From Paraspadella gotoi (taxonomy: Eukaryota > Animalia > Chaetognatha): a stretch of DNA of 64,000 bases. The position numbers and the translations under genes were made by a program. Numbering within the stretch: the first letter of the stretch is position 1; the number at the start of each line of letters is the position of its first letter. Shown here one piece after another: positions 25,864 to 38,870 of this stretch. A model generated the notes under the pieces. That model saw only the letters and a program-made list of their open reading frames with translations. It was not told the origin of the DNA and did no database searches. Location: contig CM119270.1 in NCBI GenBank assembly GCA_051294375.1, forward strand, positions 2,573,858-2,637,857, read 5' to 3'.

Positions 25864-26265
25864 TCCAATAAAAAAATTCGTTGANNNNNNNNNNNNNNNN
25901 NNNNNNNNNCCTTTCTTCTTTTTTTAAACTAACATAAAATGTCCTCAAAAACTCCTCTGGTCTCGAGTTGAGGTGGCTCGTCCGAGATGTTTCTTAAACC
26001 TTTGACATAAAATCGAAGCCTTGACGCAAGAGAAGGAGGATGAGGAGGAGAAGTGGAGGAGGGGGAAAGGAGGAGGAGGAAGGAGGAGGAAGAGGATCAT
26101 GATCATGAAATGACGATAGCAAGAGTCAAGTCAGGGAAAAGCATCTCTGGACTAGGAGTCGGGGAAAGGGACTTTTCAAAATGTGAGTAAATAGGGAAGA
26201 TGAATACGACTATGAGGTCGACAGCGAGAGGGACAACAACGACGCACAAACGACAACAACGACAC

Positions 26266-26512
26266 GAACGATTAAAGAAAAAACTATAAAAAAATGGGCC
26301 GGTTATGAGTGTCGACAAACGACGACGACGAAGAACGAACGACGACGTAGACGAACGACGACGATGAAGAACGACGACGACGACGAAAACGACGAAGACG
26401 ATGAAGACGACGACTATGAAGAGATGACGACGACAGACGATGAAGTCGAGGACGACGACGAAGACGACGACGACGACCTACCACCAAATAAAAATTCCCG
26501 ACGAACGACGAT
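26266..26512. repeat. Degenerate (GAC)n microsatellite
   Basis: Direct. It produces spurious Asp-rich and Ser-rich ORFs. Confidence 0.85.
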
Positions 26513-27068
26513 GAAGATAACAATAAGACAAAAAAAATTCATTGCGGATGTTGTTATTGTTTGTCGTCCGTCCGTCGTCATCCCATGCAATTTTCCGATT
26601 TTAATTTCAGATTTTTGAAGGAATTTCGATCTCTTCAAAAAAATTTGGACAAGTGGGTACAAAGTTTGACTAGGTTCCTCGTTTTCGAGTGTCCAAACGA
26701 TGACGTCTAAGATGATGGACGAGGACGACGACGACGAAACACCAACCTAAATATTTCCAGAACTTAACTTAAAGACTTTTGGAATTGAACGGCATCGGAC
26801 TCGATGAACGGTGGACTGGAAATTTTAGAGATATTGGGTGGAAAATTTTGCTTTCTTTTATTAATCAATTTCTTTTTCTTTTAATAATAAATTTAAATCT
26901 CATGCGAATATCAGTATAAGATATTTTCTTATTTTTTGGTTTCGCCTTTACGTTAATTTCTGTATTACAAAAAATGATTAAAAAGAAAAAAAAAATAAGA
27001 AGAGTGTAATTATTTTAAATCACACATCTGTCGAAACCTTTGACCTGAAAATTTACCAGTTTTAATAT

Positions 27069-27127
<59 letters not shown>

Positions 27128-28294
27128 CTCTCTCCTCTCTTCCCTTCCTCTTCATCTCACACAACATTCCTCCCAGTTCATTTTCCGCTCCTCCTCCTCC
27201 TCCTCCTCCTCTCCTCCTCCTTCCTTATTTTTCATTCACGTCTCCTTTTTCTTCCTCCTTTTCCACATCAACGAAGAAGGAAAGAGGACGCGACGTCATT
27301 TTCACGTGAAACACTTCTTATTTTTTTCCGTGTTTTTTGCTTTTTTTTTTCATTTTGGGGTTGAAAAAAATTATGAAAAACTAAACAAACTAAACTAATA
27401 ATACTAAAAACGCCTCGACCCTTTTTATACAAAACTGAGATTTGAAACATTACGTCGGTGAAAAAAAATATGTGTCCGTTCGGGCTGGCAGTTTTGGTGC
27501 TCCACATTTTCTTCTGGGTGATTTTCCTAACTGAGGAAAACTCGAACCATTTTTAGCGTCGCGCCGTTTATTATATAAATTTATATTTGTAAATTTCCCC
27601 CAAAAAAAATTATCTGGATTTTTTTTTATATTCTTCGCTGATTCAGCATTCACATTCACCATTCACATTCACATTTTAAAAATCCAGTTCAATGCGTTAA
27701 ATATAAATTAAGGCATATTCCGGAGAAAAAAATTGTTTAAAATAATTAAAACGTAAAAATATTAGAAACTAAACGACAATGATGCGACATGCAGCAATGA
27801 AACGGCCTCAATGAATTGTAGACATGCAAAACGGAAATAGATGCCTATGCAAGCAGATACTTCGCTTTTATAATTATGAATAATACCATTTTCACTGTAC
27901 TATATTTAAAAATTGGTTTAAAAACTACTTTCCGCTTCGGCAAGAGGGCGACAAGAAGCACAGGTTTTTAGAGTTTCTAGCCGCAGCGATATTGATTGAC
28001 CGTCGGCGAAAAGGCGGATGGGAAGGGCGGAAGGCGGGCGAAGTGGGCGGGAGGCCCGGCCGGAAAGTAGGGGGCGGGGCGGCCGGAGAAGGTTTGGGGG
28101 GTTGGATATGTCTAGATCGTGGTCGAGATCTATGGTTAATCGGCGATCGGCAAAGAGACGCGAGAGACGCAAAAGACGGCGAGAATAAGAGAATTTCGAC
28201 GAGAGTTCAAAATGAATGGGAGGAAGAAAATCTTCTCTTTCATTCCAGAGGCCAAAATCGGAGTTTTTTTTTGTTTTTTAGTGGAGAGAGAGAG

Positions 28295-28365
<71 letters not shown>

Positions 28366-28679
28366 AGAGGGAGAGAGTCAGAGACCAAGAGAGTTGAGAG
28401 AGATAGGCAGTGAAAAAAAGACGGGAATAAGATTTAGAGAAAGAAAAAAAGAGTAAAGAAAAAAAGAAGAAGTGGATGGTTGAAAGATCCGTGGAGGAGG
28501 AATTGGATTAGAGACGGAGTGACAGATAAGAAAAATCAGAAGGAAAAGAAAAAAAAGAAAAAAGACAAGAGAAAGATCATGATAGAATGAGAAATCTCAT
28601 CTGGAAGAGGAAATTCGGAGATTCGAGAGAGAGAAGAAAATGAAGAAGAGATAGAAAGTATGATAAAGAAAGGAAAACA

Positions 28680-28855
28680 GAGAGATTAGAAGAGAGAAAA
28701 GGAAATGAGAAGAGATTAGAAAGAAAGAAAGGAAATTGAGAAAGAGATTAGAAAGAGAGAAAAGGAAATGAGAAGAGATTAGAAAGAAAGAAAAGTAAAG
28801 AATGAGAAGAGATTATAAAGAAAGAAAAGGAAAAATGAGAAGAGATTTAGAAAGA
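28680..28855. repeat. ~30-bp purine-rich tandem repeat
   Basis: Unit gagaagagattagaaagaaagaaaggaaat, about 6 copies. Confidence 0.75.
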
Positions 28856-30245
28856 AGTAAATAGGGAAAAATGGTGAAGAATTAGAAAAGAATCAAAGGA
28901 AAAGAAATTGAAGATTAGAAAGGAAAAAGAAAAGGTAAAATGATTAAAAGAGAGTAAAAAAGAGAAAGAAAAATTAAAAGGAGAGATGGGAAAGAGTACG
29001 AAAGAAAAAATAAATGGAAAGAGATTAGATATGAAAAAAGAAATAAACGAAGAGATTAAAAGGAAAAAAAATGAAAAAAGGTTTAGGAAAAGGAAAAAAT
29101 CTTTTAAATTTTTTGTTCTTTTTCCTCGGTTCCATTTTTTCCAGTTCCACTTTTCGTCTGCTCTTTTCCTCTGCATTCCTGCGATTTCCAAAGATTAGTG
29201 GCAGCGGGGAAATCTTGCTTGCCTGCTATTGCTTACCTGATTTGCTTTCCTTTTTGTCTTCTCTTTGCAGGCCGTTTTGCTTGCTGTCTCGGTGAATTTC
29301 GATACCGGTTTTGTCGCTCTCTCACTGCTATTGCTTACTGATATTGGCTTCCTTTTTGCTTCTCTGCAGTCCGTTTTGCTTTGAAACTAATAAAACTTTG
29401 TTTTTTCTCTAAATTTTTTTGTCTAATTTTTCCATGTTTTTCAAACATTACAGTCAATCCATTCCTAATTTGTACAATCCAATAAAATGAAATACAGTAA
29501 ACAATCCTAATTACTAATCGGGATTCTAAACATTTTCATGTCAGATCTTAAAATTACATGTCAGAGTGAAAACTTTCTTTTCAAATGATCTTACTCTCAA
29601 CGTAACCCTCACGCGGGTCAGCTTTTCTTGACCTCGGTTTTTACCCCCCGGGGCGGGAACCGCAGTCAAAAAAAATACCTTAGCTAACGCAACACATGCG
29701 TCGTCGTCGTCATCGTCGTCGTCGTCGTCTTCGATTCTTTATTTATCCAACCGCAAATATTTCCCCTCATTTTTTAATGGGGAGAAGTACATTAAGCTGT
29801 TGTGGAAGGAGAAGCATGCGGCATAGCATAGTTGAAACTTAGTGTGCAGGTGAAAATTTGATTAATATTTTTTGTAGAATCCTTTGCAGGTTGTAGATGA
29901 ATAATTAGAGAATAATAAATAGTTAATAATTCGTAATACCCGATAAGCAGTTAAATTTAATTTTAATTAAATAGCGTTTCAGCCCTACTATGAAATATTA
30001 CCTTTTTTTCACTTTTATTACATTAATAAATTACGAAATTCGATAAAAAAGCGAGGCGGCTCATCAAAGGTGGTTTCGAGAATACTTAGGAATTCCGAGT
30101 TAAAGCCCCCCCNNNNNNNNNNNNNNNNNNNNNNNNNAAAAAAAATTCCTAAATGTGTTATGTATAGAAGGAGGAAGAAAAACAAAAACCCTTTCGATGT
30201 AAACAATGGGGTGGGAGAGGAGAGATAATCGTAACTCCCCCACAT

Positions 30246-30276
<31 letters not shown>

Positions 30277-30441
30277 CGAGAGAGAGAGAGAGAGGAAGAG
30301 CGAGAGAAGAGAGAGAGAGGAGAGAAGAGAGAATGGGGAGAGGAAAAGGGCGTCCGCATGTTTGGACCCGGCAATATTTTTTTTTCCTGGGAAAAGTTCT
30401 GGAGAGTTTTTGATTCTCGGCCACTAATTGCCGTTCTCTCT

Positions 30442-30476
<35 letters not shown>

Positions 30477-31289
30477 TGCTCTCTCTCTCTCTCGCTCTGC
30501 TTCTCTCTACGCGCTTCTCTCTCTCGCGTAAGGAGCATACGTGTTACGGCGAAGAATAAACGTGGTGAAGCCGAAGTCAAAAGATAAAGAAAACAATGTG
30601 AACATTCAAAAGGAAACACATCGGCAGAGAACCAAACAGAACCAGATCGGCCACCCCCCCCGGGGGGTTGGGGGGGGAGAGGTGAAGAGAGCAAGAGGTA
30701 GAAGGAGATAGGGGAAGGGTTGGCGGGGAGGACTGATAAGAGGGCGGGGAAAAAGCAAAGAACATGTGACAGCGCTGAGTGTAAAGTTATGAGAGAAAAT
30801 CGGGGGGAAAAAGTTGTCGGGGATATAAAATGAAGGAAAAATATAAATGATTTGAGAATTGTCGGAAACTGCAGAGTAATTTTATCAGATAAGAGTTCTT
30901 GTGGCGAAATATATGCGCCAATATTTCAATTAAACAGTAGCAAGATTCATTTTTCAACGGCGCGTCCAACTTAATTTTGTGAGTCTCCTCGTCGCGAAAT
31001 CGAAGTTGGATGGAGACCGAATCTAACTGCATGTGACCAATAACAATGCAGTAAGGGATCGAAGTCGATTCGATCAAGTTAGTCAAATAGGAGGAGGATA
31101 CATATTCTGTTTTGTTTACGATAAATAGTTGCAAACGGTTTTCATTCCTACAATGAAAACGCAATTACAATTTAAATGATAACCTGACAATATTTTAAAA
31201 ATATGCTTTTCAGAGGAACCGCAGCTTAGATTCAAAGTTTTGTTGTATCAATTAAAAAATATCAATTCAAAAGTAATACAATTTGATAC

Positions 31290-31515
31290 CGGTGTTGCTA
31301 AATCATGCTGTAAGATCCATGCAGCCAAAAAATAGGCTATAAGAATTCAATCGCAGCCAAATCACATCGGCAAGATCCAATCTGCCGCAAATCAACCATT
31401 TAATATCAATGCGGCCAAATCGACACGCTGCGCGGGGGCCGGGATTTTTTGAAATCTCTGAGAAAAAAATTTAAAGTTTTTCACAAAACTCTCGCGAGAC
31501 AAGAAATCTATCCCT
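31290..31515 (+). mobile_element. DNA-transposon-like terminus with subterminal short repeats, copy 1
   Basis: Begins ggtgttgctaaatc and contains repeated (g)gccaaatcaat / aagatccatgcagcc units. Matches 32125-32446. Superfamily not determined. Confidence 0.5.
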
Positions 31516-32124
31516 CCCTGCTCTGTCTGCTCTCTCTTCTCTCTTCTCCATCTCTCCTCTCTCTCTCTCTCGATCTCTCTCTCTCTCTTACTACTCTTTT
31601 GCTCTGCTCTCGAACGAACGGACGTATGCATCGAGCTCTGAAATTTTTCGGAATTAACAGTAACAAAAAAACACTAAAAAATCTAAAAAAACAAAAAAAA
31701 ACAAACTTTTTCGTCAATTTCTCTAAATTTATATTCATGCCTTATCCTTAAAATATGCCAAGTTTATCCAAAAGAAAACAATACTAACATACATAGATCA
31801 GCTGATGTTTCTCACAGCGCTCTAGACCAATAGACAGGTGTTATGTCGTCCAAAACAAAGAGGACACGAATTGCGTCAAACCAGAAAAGTCGTGGAAAAA
31901 CTAAAAACTCCAAAGATACTGCTTTTTGAAAATGATACAGAAATGAGATTTTTTGAAAGAAACATTTCTACTAATGAAGTTGAAACACGCCTTTTTCAAA
32001 GATTTTGAACTCTCAAACCCAGAACGTAAGTCTGCTTGCCCGCCGTCTAATAAGTCTGGGCTATAACAAAAATGCTAGTCCAACATCAATATAACACAAA
32101 ATGTCTCACCCTCATTCTCTCTGG

Positions 32125-32446
32125 GGGGTGTTGCTAAATCAATGCTGTAAGATCCATGCAGCCAAATAAATGCTATAAGATCCATGCAGCCAAATCAATC
32201 GGCCAAATCAATCTGGCCAAATCAACTCATNNNNNNNNNNAATGCTGTAAGATCCATGCAGCCAAAAAAATACTATAAGATCCATGCAGCCAAATCAATT
32301 CGGCCAAATCAATCTGGCCAAATCAACACATTTAAATCAATGTGGCCAAATCGACACGGCTGCGCGGGAGGCCAGGGATTTTTGAAATTTGAGAAAAAAA
32401 TTTAAAGTTTTTCACCAAAACCTCGCGAGACAAGAAATCTATCCCT
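32125..32446 (+). mobile_element. DNA-transposon-like terminus with subterminal short repeats, copy 2 (partly doubled across a 10-N gap)
   Basis: Same sequence as 31290-31515. The ~90 bp on either side of the gap at 32231-32240 are near-identical. Confidence 0.5.
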
Positions 32447-33142
32447 AGATAGAAAAAAAAGATGATGAAGAGGGAAAGGGTGATGAGAAGAGATGAGAGA
32501 GATGACGATGAGACGAGAGAGATGAGAGAGATACTGAGAGCACGAGAGAGTGAAGGAGAGGGAAGAACAACACTTTTCCTTTAAAACAAAATGTAGTGCT
32601 TACGAAAAATTTAAAAAATACCTCTGAAAGCGCTTTAATGAATCGAATGAGGGAGACGGGAGTAAAGAGATAAAAGACTTTGTTTTCAGTTTCGTTAATC
32701 GAAGCTATCACTGCAGAAGAAGTATGCACGCATGCGATGCGTGTAATGCATGCACAAACCAAACGCCTTTCTACTTCCCAATCAATCCACGCATACATAT
32801 TATAAGAGAGCTAAATGGGTACCTTAAGGAAGAATAGCAGGTTAAGACCTTAGCTTAGTGAGTATTTCATTATCAATTAGTCTAACAGCTAAATGACAAA
32901 AAGTTGCGAATTCGTGAAATGCTTGAAGAACATGAAATGACACAAGAACAGGAATTATATGACAAGTCAATGTCAATACGACCAAATTACAAATGAGACT
33001 TGATGAACTTCAAATTTGAAGTGTCTCAATCTTCAGATTCTTGGTTGTAGTCAAAAGGTTTCCGTCCTGTGAATAATATCACCGGTTTAGTTCTAAATTT
33101 GGCGTGTTGGAGAATTAAACTGTGCACTGTACGATGTAACCA

Positions 33143-36100
33143 CAGAGCGCAAAACAATTAAACGGAAGAAGGAAAAAGGGAAGACAGGATTCTTAAGAAG
33201 AATTGAGAATTTTTTAACAAGGTCCAAAAGCGCGTTAGACGAGTCTGTAAAAACTGTATCGCAATTGTCTTCCCGGCGGCGAGCCCCGACTTCCCCTTCC
33301 ACTCTGCCGTCACTGGGCGAGGCGGTGTGAGGGATTCCCTCTTGGAGAGAGAGGACAGCGACGACGAAGCCAACGACGCTGGGAGCGCCGAAAAGCGGAT
33401 ATCAGAACGGGCCGATGAACGACAATTGGACGAGGGTAAGGCCTTATACTTTTCCTCACACGTGTGTAATATTTCTATATGTCATCGTATAGGCTAGACT
33501 ACAAAGCTATATTGCGAGATAATAAACTGTCTAATTAAATTTTAAAGAAGCTTATGTGTGTATACTTTGCCAATCTTTTACAGCCCACTTTCTTACGAGA
33601 ACAAATAAAGGAAAATATGAAGATTAAAAAGAAACAAACTGGATTTCATGAAAACTCATGATTTGCAAGCTTTTAAAAATTGTCTAGGCCTATATAAACG
33701 AATAGGCACATTAAGACAGTTTTATTCTCCTTTTGTTCATAATTTACTGAAGAAATATATATTTTTTTTTTATTTTTTAAACCCTCTCGCTTGAATTTTT
33801 CAAATCATTGTTAGATTGTCAGTGAGCTGTCTAAAATAAAGTGTTGAGTGTACATTGTTTTTAAATAGTACGCGTAAAAATTGTTGATTTTTTAGGTTAG
33901 GTTGACTTAACTCGATATAACCGGTGGCGTGCGAAGTATTTAAGAGTTTAAGTAATACTTTCTCCAAGTAAATTAATCATGTCCGATATTCCCTTGCTCT
34001 CCAGGAGATTAGTCTGAATTATGGGACCAAAAAACTTTGAACATTCCTAAATATATATATAAGTTCTCTCTGATACTAGAGATAGTTCATGACGCATAAC
34101 GTTATGAAAAATATGCATAGAGCCTAAAGACTACTCAACGTTCAAAACAATATATTGAAATAGTAGTTTCATTATATAATTATTCTGTGTATTTTATCTG
34201 AGAGATCGTATCATGTTATTCCTGCCTTCATAAATTTAGTATACTTTTTCGTTCGTTATATTTGCAGTTGAGGTTCTGTTTGTTGATATCATAATTTACA
34301 AATATACAAAATTTACGTTTTTTCAGCTATTTTAATTGGTCATTATTTTCTTCTCTCTTATTGATATGTCGTCTCCATTCTCATTGACGAGCGACTAATA
34401 TAATTATTAATGTACTCTCAAATAAATTAGATATAATACTATTTCGCACAACTTGTGAAGTGGGTCAAGGCATCTTAAATTTTACATTGCGAACCTCTTC
34501 TCTGGGAAAGACGATCCTGACGTGACTTCTGGCTTTGGAGGGTTTTAAAAAATTCACCACAATTTATTTAGATACATTTGAGATAGTGAAAAACAAATTT
34601 TTAGTCGCGCAGGACCGTTGATTCCCCGCATAAATCATCCCCAAATTTGCTGGGCTTAATTTTAGGCTATAATTTATTTAAATTAATAGTAATGGTTTGA
34701 TATCCGCCACAGTTCTGTTCGTGTCTCTATATATAAAAAAAATATATGCTTCCATTAGTTTCGCTTTAGTGTTTCAGACCATATATCGATCCTAATCCTT
34801 GATCCTGATCCTGTATAAATACATTGCATTCCTGAAAAAAGCCAAGCCAACTTGCCCACTAATACAGACTAAAAATAATAAGTTATAATAAAATATGTTA
34901 TTAGAAATTAATTAAGTTCATAATTTCGAGGACGAAATTTGTTTAATTTCTGTTACGTCGGAGAAATGCTGCCATGCGTTAGTGACATACGTGGTATGAA
35001 TTCCTCGAAAGATTGGGCAACCATCGATGGGGTCACCGTTTTATTTAATTGCCCTCTAGATAGATATAGAAAGAAAAACATAATCTGAAGAAAACTGGAA
35101 TATCGGCGATATTACCCCCAGAATAACTTATATTACGGCTAAGGTGTATCTGCACCATCGAATATAGACACTCTCGTGTTGTGCAATATAGTCGAGGTTA
35201 TACTTTTGACCTACTCACCGGCTTAAGATATGGATGGAATAGTCGACAGATAGATTGCGGACATGAGTAACTGCTTGTTCTTGCCATCCACCAATCACTG
35301 AAGAAAACCAGTTGGGCGACGAATTCCTTGTTTGAACCATTAAATCAGTTGATCGTATTGTCCACATTAGGTGTTTGTGTTTGAACTAAACCTAAAAAAC
35401 TAAAGATTTTTACTTATTTTTATACGGTTTACTTATTTAACCCAGTGGAAACTGTTAAAATTAAAATTTTAGTTTTAAACATAAATTTTGATCTGTGTCA
35501 TATCTCCTAATTACCTGTTTTCTTAGCGATTAGAATCTTGTCCCCTTTGGTCTTGCGCGTGGGTGTACTCAGACAAGAGATCATTTCCACCAATGAGGGA
35601 AAAATAAATCGCAATCGATTCGTATTACCTCAAGCTTTCGGCAATATATCACATGAAGTGCAATTAGTTAGCCATACTTTACTAGTAGAAAAAGAAAAAA
35701 ATACGCCGTCGGTTTTTGAAGAGAATTTATTAAATTGTATTATCTAAATATAGAAGAAAAAATAAATAAATGGAATCGAGTGGATTAATTAAAGAAACTT
35801 ATTTTTAAAAATCAAACGGACCTTACGCAATATCAAATTGATTTCAAAAATCAAATTATTTAGTTCAATTGTTGGAATGAATCAAAATCTATGCGAATAT
35901 TTTAAGTTTAAGTGAAAGAATTGCGCGTTATGTCGCCGCTATTTTTAACCAATTCATTTCCTGTCCACCATGTTAGGCCGGAGTTAAAGAATGTTCTATA
36001 AAAAGTAAAAGTATATATTTAGCTGTAAGTTGATAGTAGAAATTATAAGAAAGCAGTAATGTTTTTAAAAAAATTTACATCTAGCATGTTCGCAGGGCCA

Positions 36101-36615
36101 ATATGGAGCAAGAGGAGGAACGTCCGAACCATACTGTGATCATTTGTGGGTTTTGAAGGGAGTGATTTGCGTGAGAGAAGAAATAGGCTAAAATTTGTCG
36201 TCACAACTTGATTTTGAGCGTTCTTTTTTTTTAAAATTTTAACTTACGTCAAAAATAGTCTCGTGCCCACATGGTTTGGGCAAGGCTCCGACATACTTGT
36301 GTCGGCATTACTGTGTGAAGTTCTACATACCTGTAATAAGACCACCCCATGGGAGGCCAAAGGCCAGCAGTTGTTAGCTGAGCGTCTTAATGTGTTTAGG
36401 ATAGCCGTACTATTTGAGGGCGAGAATCAAGGATTCTCGGCCATCGCTCATCTAAAATAATCACAGTCTAGTTCTACTTAAAGATATATATTTGTGGATT
36501 CACCTTACTAATAAAAATCAGTATTAATAGATATACATATAGTACATGTTATCATAAATTCAAATTTTTAGACCGTTTTTCAACGAATCTTTTAATTTAC
36601 GGGTTTTGCGCAGCG
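33143..36615 (+). mobile_element. hAT-superfamily transposon, heavily frameshifted
   Basis: Frame-broken motifs in hAT order: CxxC (RVCKNC ~33240) in an exon-like segment ending GTAAGG; SILIDE-ATNI (~34373-34400); NAAM..DIRGM (~34965-35000); CIC-H (~35144); ERSF..YVKNSL-RA-M (~36216-36290, dimerisation domain). Imperfect ends cagagcgcaaaac-aattaaa / tttaatt..gttttgcgc. No TSD could be confirmed. Confidence 0.55.
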
Positions 36616-36619
36616 CAAT

Positions 36620-37780
36620 AAGCAGAGTTTGCCGCCAGGTATATCGCTTCTGCGTGCTATTAGGCATTTCAAATTCCCAAATTCCCGCCGAGGAGAAATA
36701 TATTTGTAATGTTTATGTGAGAAGTAATTTTACCTCGATTTTCCATTCTCTCCCCAATCTTCCGTAGCCGTTCCTTCATTGCTTGATTTAAGAATTAGAA
36801 ATGCATGGCTCATTACCTTATTGACTAAAATGACTATCTCCGTTTCATAGAGTGGCGATCTAAGAAGACACCACCTCCTCAAATAAATTAAGTATCTTAT
36901 GTTATTTATGTTATTAAAAAAAAAATGAAACTTACTGCCAAATGAGAAGACTCAAGAATTATTCGTTTCATAGCCATTCTTGAAGGTTGTGAATTTAATT
37001 ATCTAAAACTGGCCGAAAATATAAATAAAACGTTTGAATCGAATATAAATTTTATTATGATAGCGTGAAAGAGCAGCAGACTATTAAACACGATTCGAAA
37101 TAACTGATTCATATAATTATAATTGTTCTGTTCATCGTCCCGCCAAAACTTCTGAGACGAGAGAGACCCTACTATTCCCATTGTGTGTAACGTTCTGCAT
37201 ATAGGTAAAGTCGTATTAATTGTAGAAAGTTTATAATGTCGCATTTGTAAAAATTTTTCATATTTTTAAAATTTTGTAGACTTACAATCGAGTATTCCAC
37301 AATTTGTGGGCATTCCAAAAAAATATGTCTCGTTATCAGGCCTTTGGCCATTTAGGGGATGCGTACATTCTAAGTTCTCTTGTCAATAAATGTTCTAGAA
37401 TTTCAAATGCCGGTTTAACCGTTGAAATGCAATTGATAATGTTAGAGTTTACTGACGTAAATAGATCGCAAACTTAGCCAGGCCATGTGCCACCAAGGTA
37501 GTCCGGCCCAACTGTTGATCCCAATTTCGCAGGCGACCTTAAGGTAAGAAATTAGAATTAATGGTTTAACCCCTCATTCGATGTGAAAATAAGGATAATT
37601 TTGCCGCTGAAGATACCGTCTGCCCATCTGGTCTCTTGCGTTTGACTGGCGGGACAAGAACGAAGTAAATCTCCAATTAATTCCCTGTCTGAGATGTCAC
37701 GATTAACTCGCCCCAAAATTTCCTAAACCTTGTCTTACCATTCTGAAACAGGCATTCTCTTCATATATGTTTTCAGATGT
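36620..37780 (-). mobile_element. PIF/Harbinger transposase remnant with introns
   Basis: Minus-strand motifs in Harbinger order: CFRM (~37740); YL-AHG (~37490); ISTVKPAF...KWP (~37345-37428); GMPTNCGILD then GTAAGT (~37285-37316); ILESSHL then GTAAGT (~36935-36960); GDSHF (~36830); EFGNLK (~36670). Confidence 0.6.
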
Positions 37781-38339
37781 GAAAACTAAGAGCAAATTCA
37801 AAATGCGTAATATTTAAACCTATAGCCCAACCGGTAGCGAATGCGCTCTAAGTTTTCCAACCCAAAATCTTCGACGTCTTATTAGAGCTGAAGCGATTGT
37901 TCGCAAATAACCCTGAAAATTTGTATTTATATTTTTTACACCAGTGATCCTGGAGTCTCGACAGATAAACTTCCAGAATATATAATAACTATATATACTA
38001 TTCGGTGTAACATTTTCTTTCGGTATGAGTGAGGCGCGAGAGTGTACAATATGTAGTTACACACCACAGAATAACCCTTTTTGCTATCATAATGCGATTA
38101 CCAACACTTGGCCAGTACAGGAGGATCCTAAGGTTCTGAAGGAAAATGAAATGAAATGAGCCACTATTTTTTTATTACCATGTTTTCAAAGAAAGTTTCC
38201 ATAACAGAGATAGACGCGATTAATAAATTCATCCTAAAAGATGTTTCTCCGTTAATTTTGTTGTAATAATTCCACTAAACATAAACAAAAGGACTTGAAT
38301 ACGCTAGCAAAGGAAAATATTAATAAAATCAGGAAAACA

Positions 38340-38870
38340 TGGTATGATCGACGTGGAGCTCAAGTTCCAAAGTTTCGAAATCTCGTTTATTAACCCGTCG
38401 TCGCTTTAATATCCGATTCTTCTTGCGGAGGACGCAAACATTTTTCGAACGAACCCGTTGGGGGACTTGACTTCTTTTTTTTATTCTGCCGCATTGGAAA
38501 GGAAGATCGCACTTTTCGATCCCTGGAGTCGGAAGATAAACTTCTTTGCGCCAGTCGGTTCGATACTCCCGTCTTTTTCTTTTTATTCTTGTTTATTAAT
38601 CCCTTCCACTAATGTTTGTTTTTTACTGCGCAGTCGTTTTGATAATCCTTTATTCTTTTTATTCTTTTATTAAATACCTTTCCCTAATGTGTTTTTCTAA
38701 TGCGCAGTCGCGTTTTGATACCTCCCTTGTCCTCTTTTAATTTATTATTTTATTACATACCTTTCCTAATGTTGTTTCTTCTATTGCAGCGCAGTCGGAA
38801 TTTGCATACTCCTCGTCTTTTATCTTTTTGATTCTTTTATTATATACCGTTACCTTGGTATCTCAATGCA
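38340..38870 (-). repeat. Inverted, insertion-rich copy of ~13690-14155
   Basis: For example, ttttcgatccctggagtcg and cagtcggttcgatactcccgtctttttc are reverse complements of the 13960-14020 region. Confidence 0.85.

Larger units (their letters stand above)
25402..25884. mobile_element. Penelope-like element (PLE) remnant with inverted pseudo-LTR arms
   Basis: ~100-bp inverted repeat (25407-25509 vs 25788-25884). Each arm has a minimal hammerhead followed by AATAAA. The right arm runs into a 25-N gap. Confidence 0.65.
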
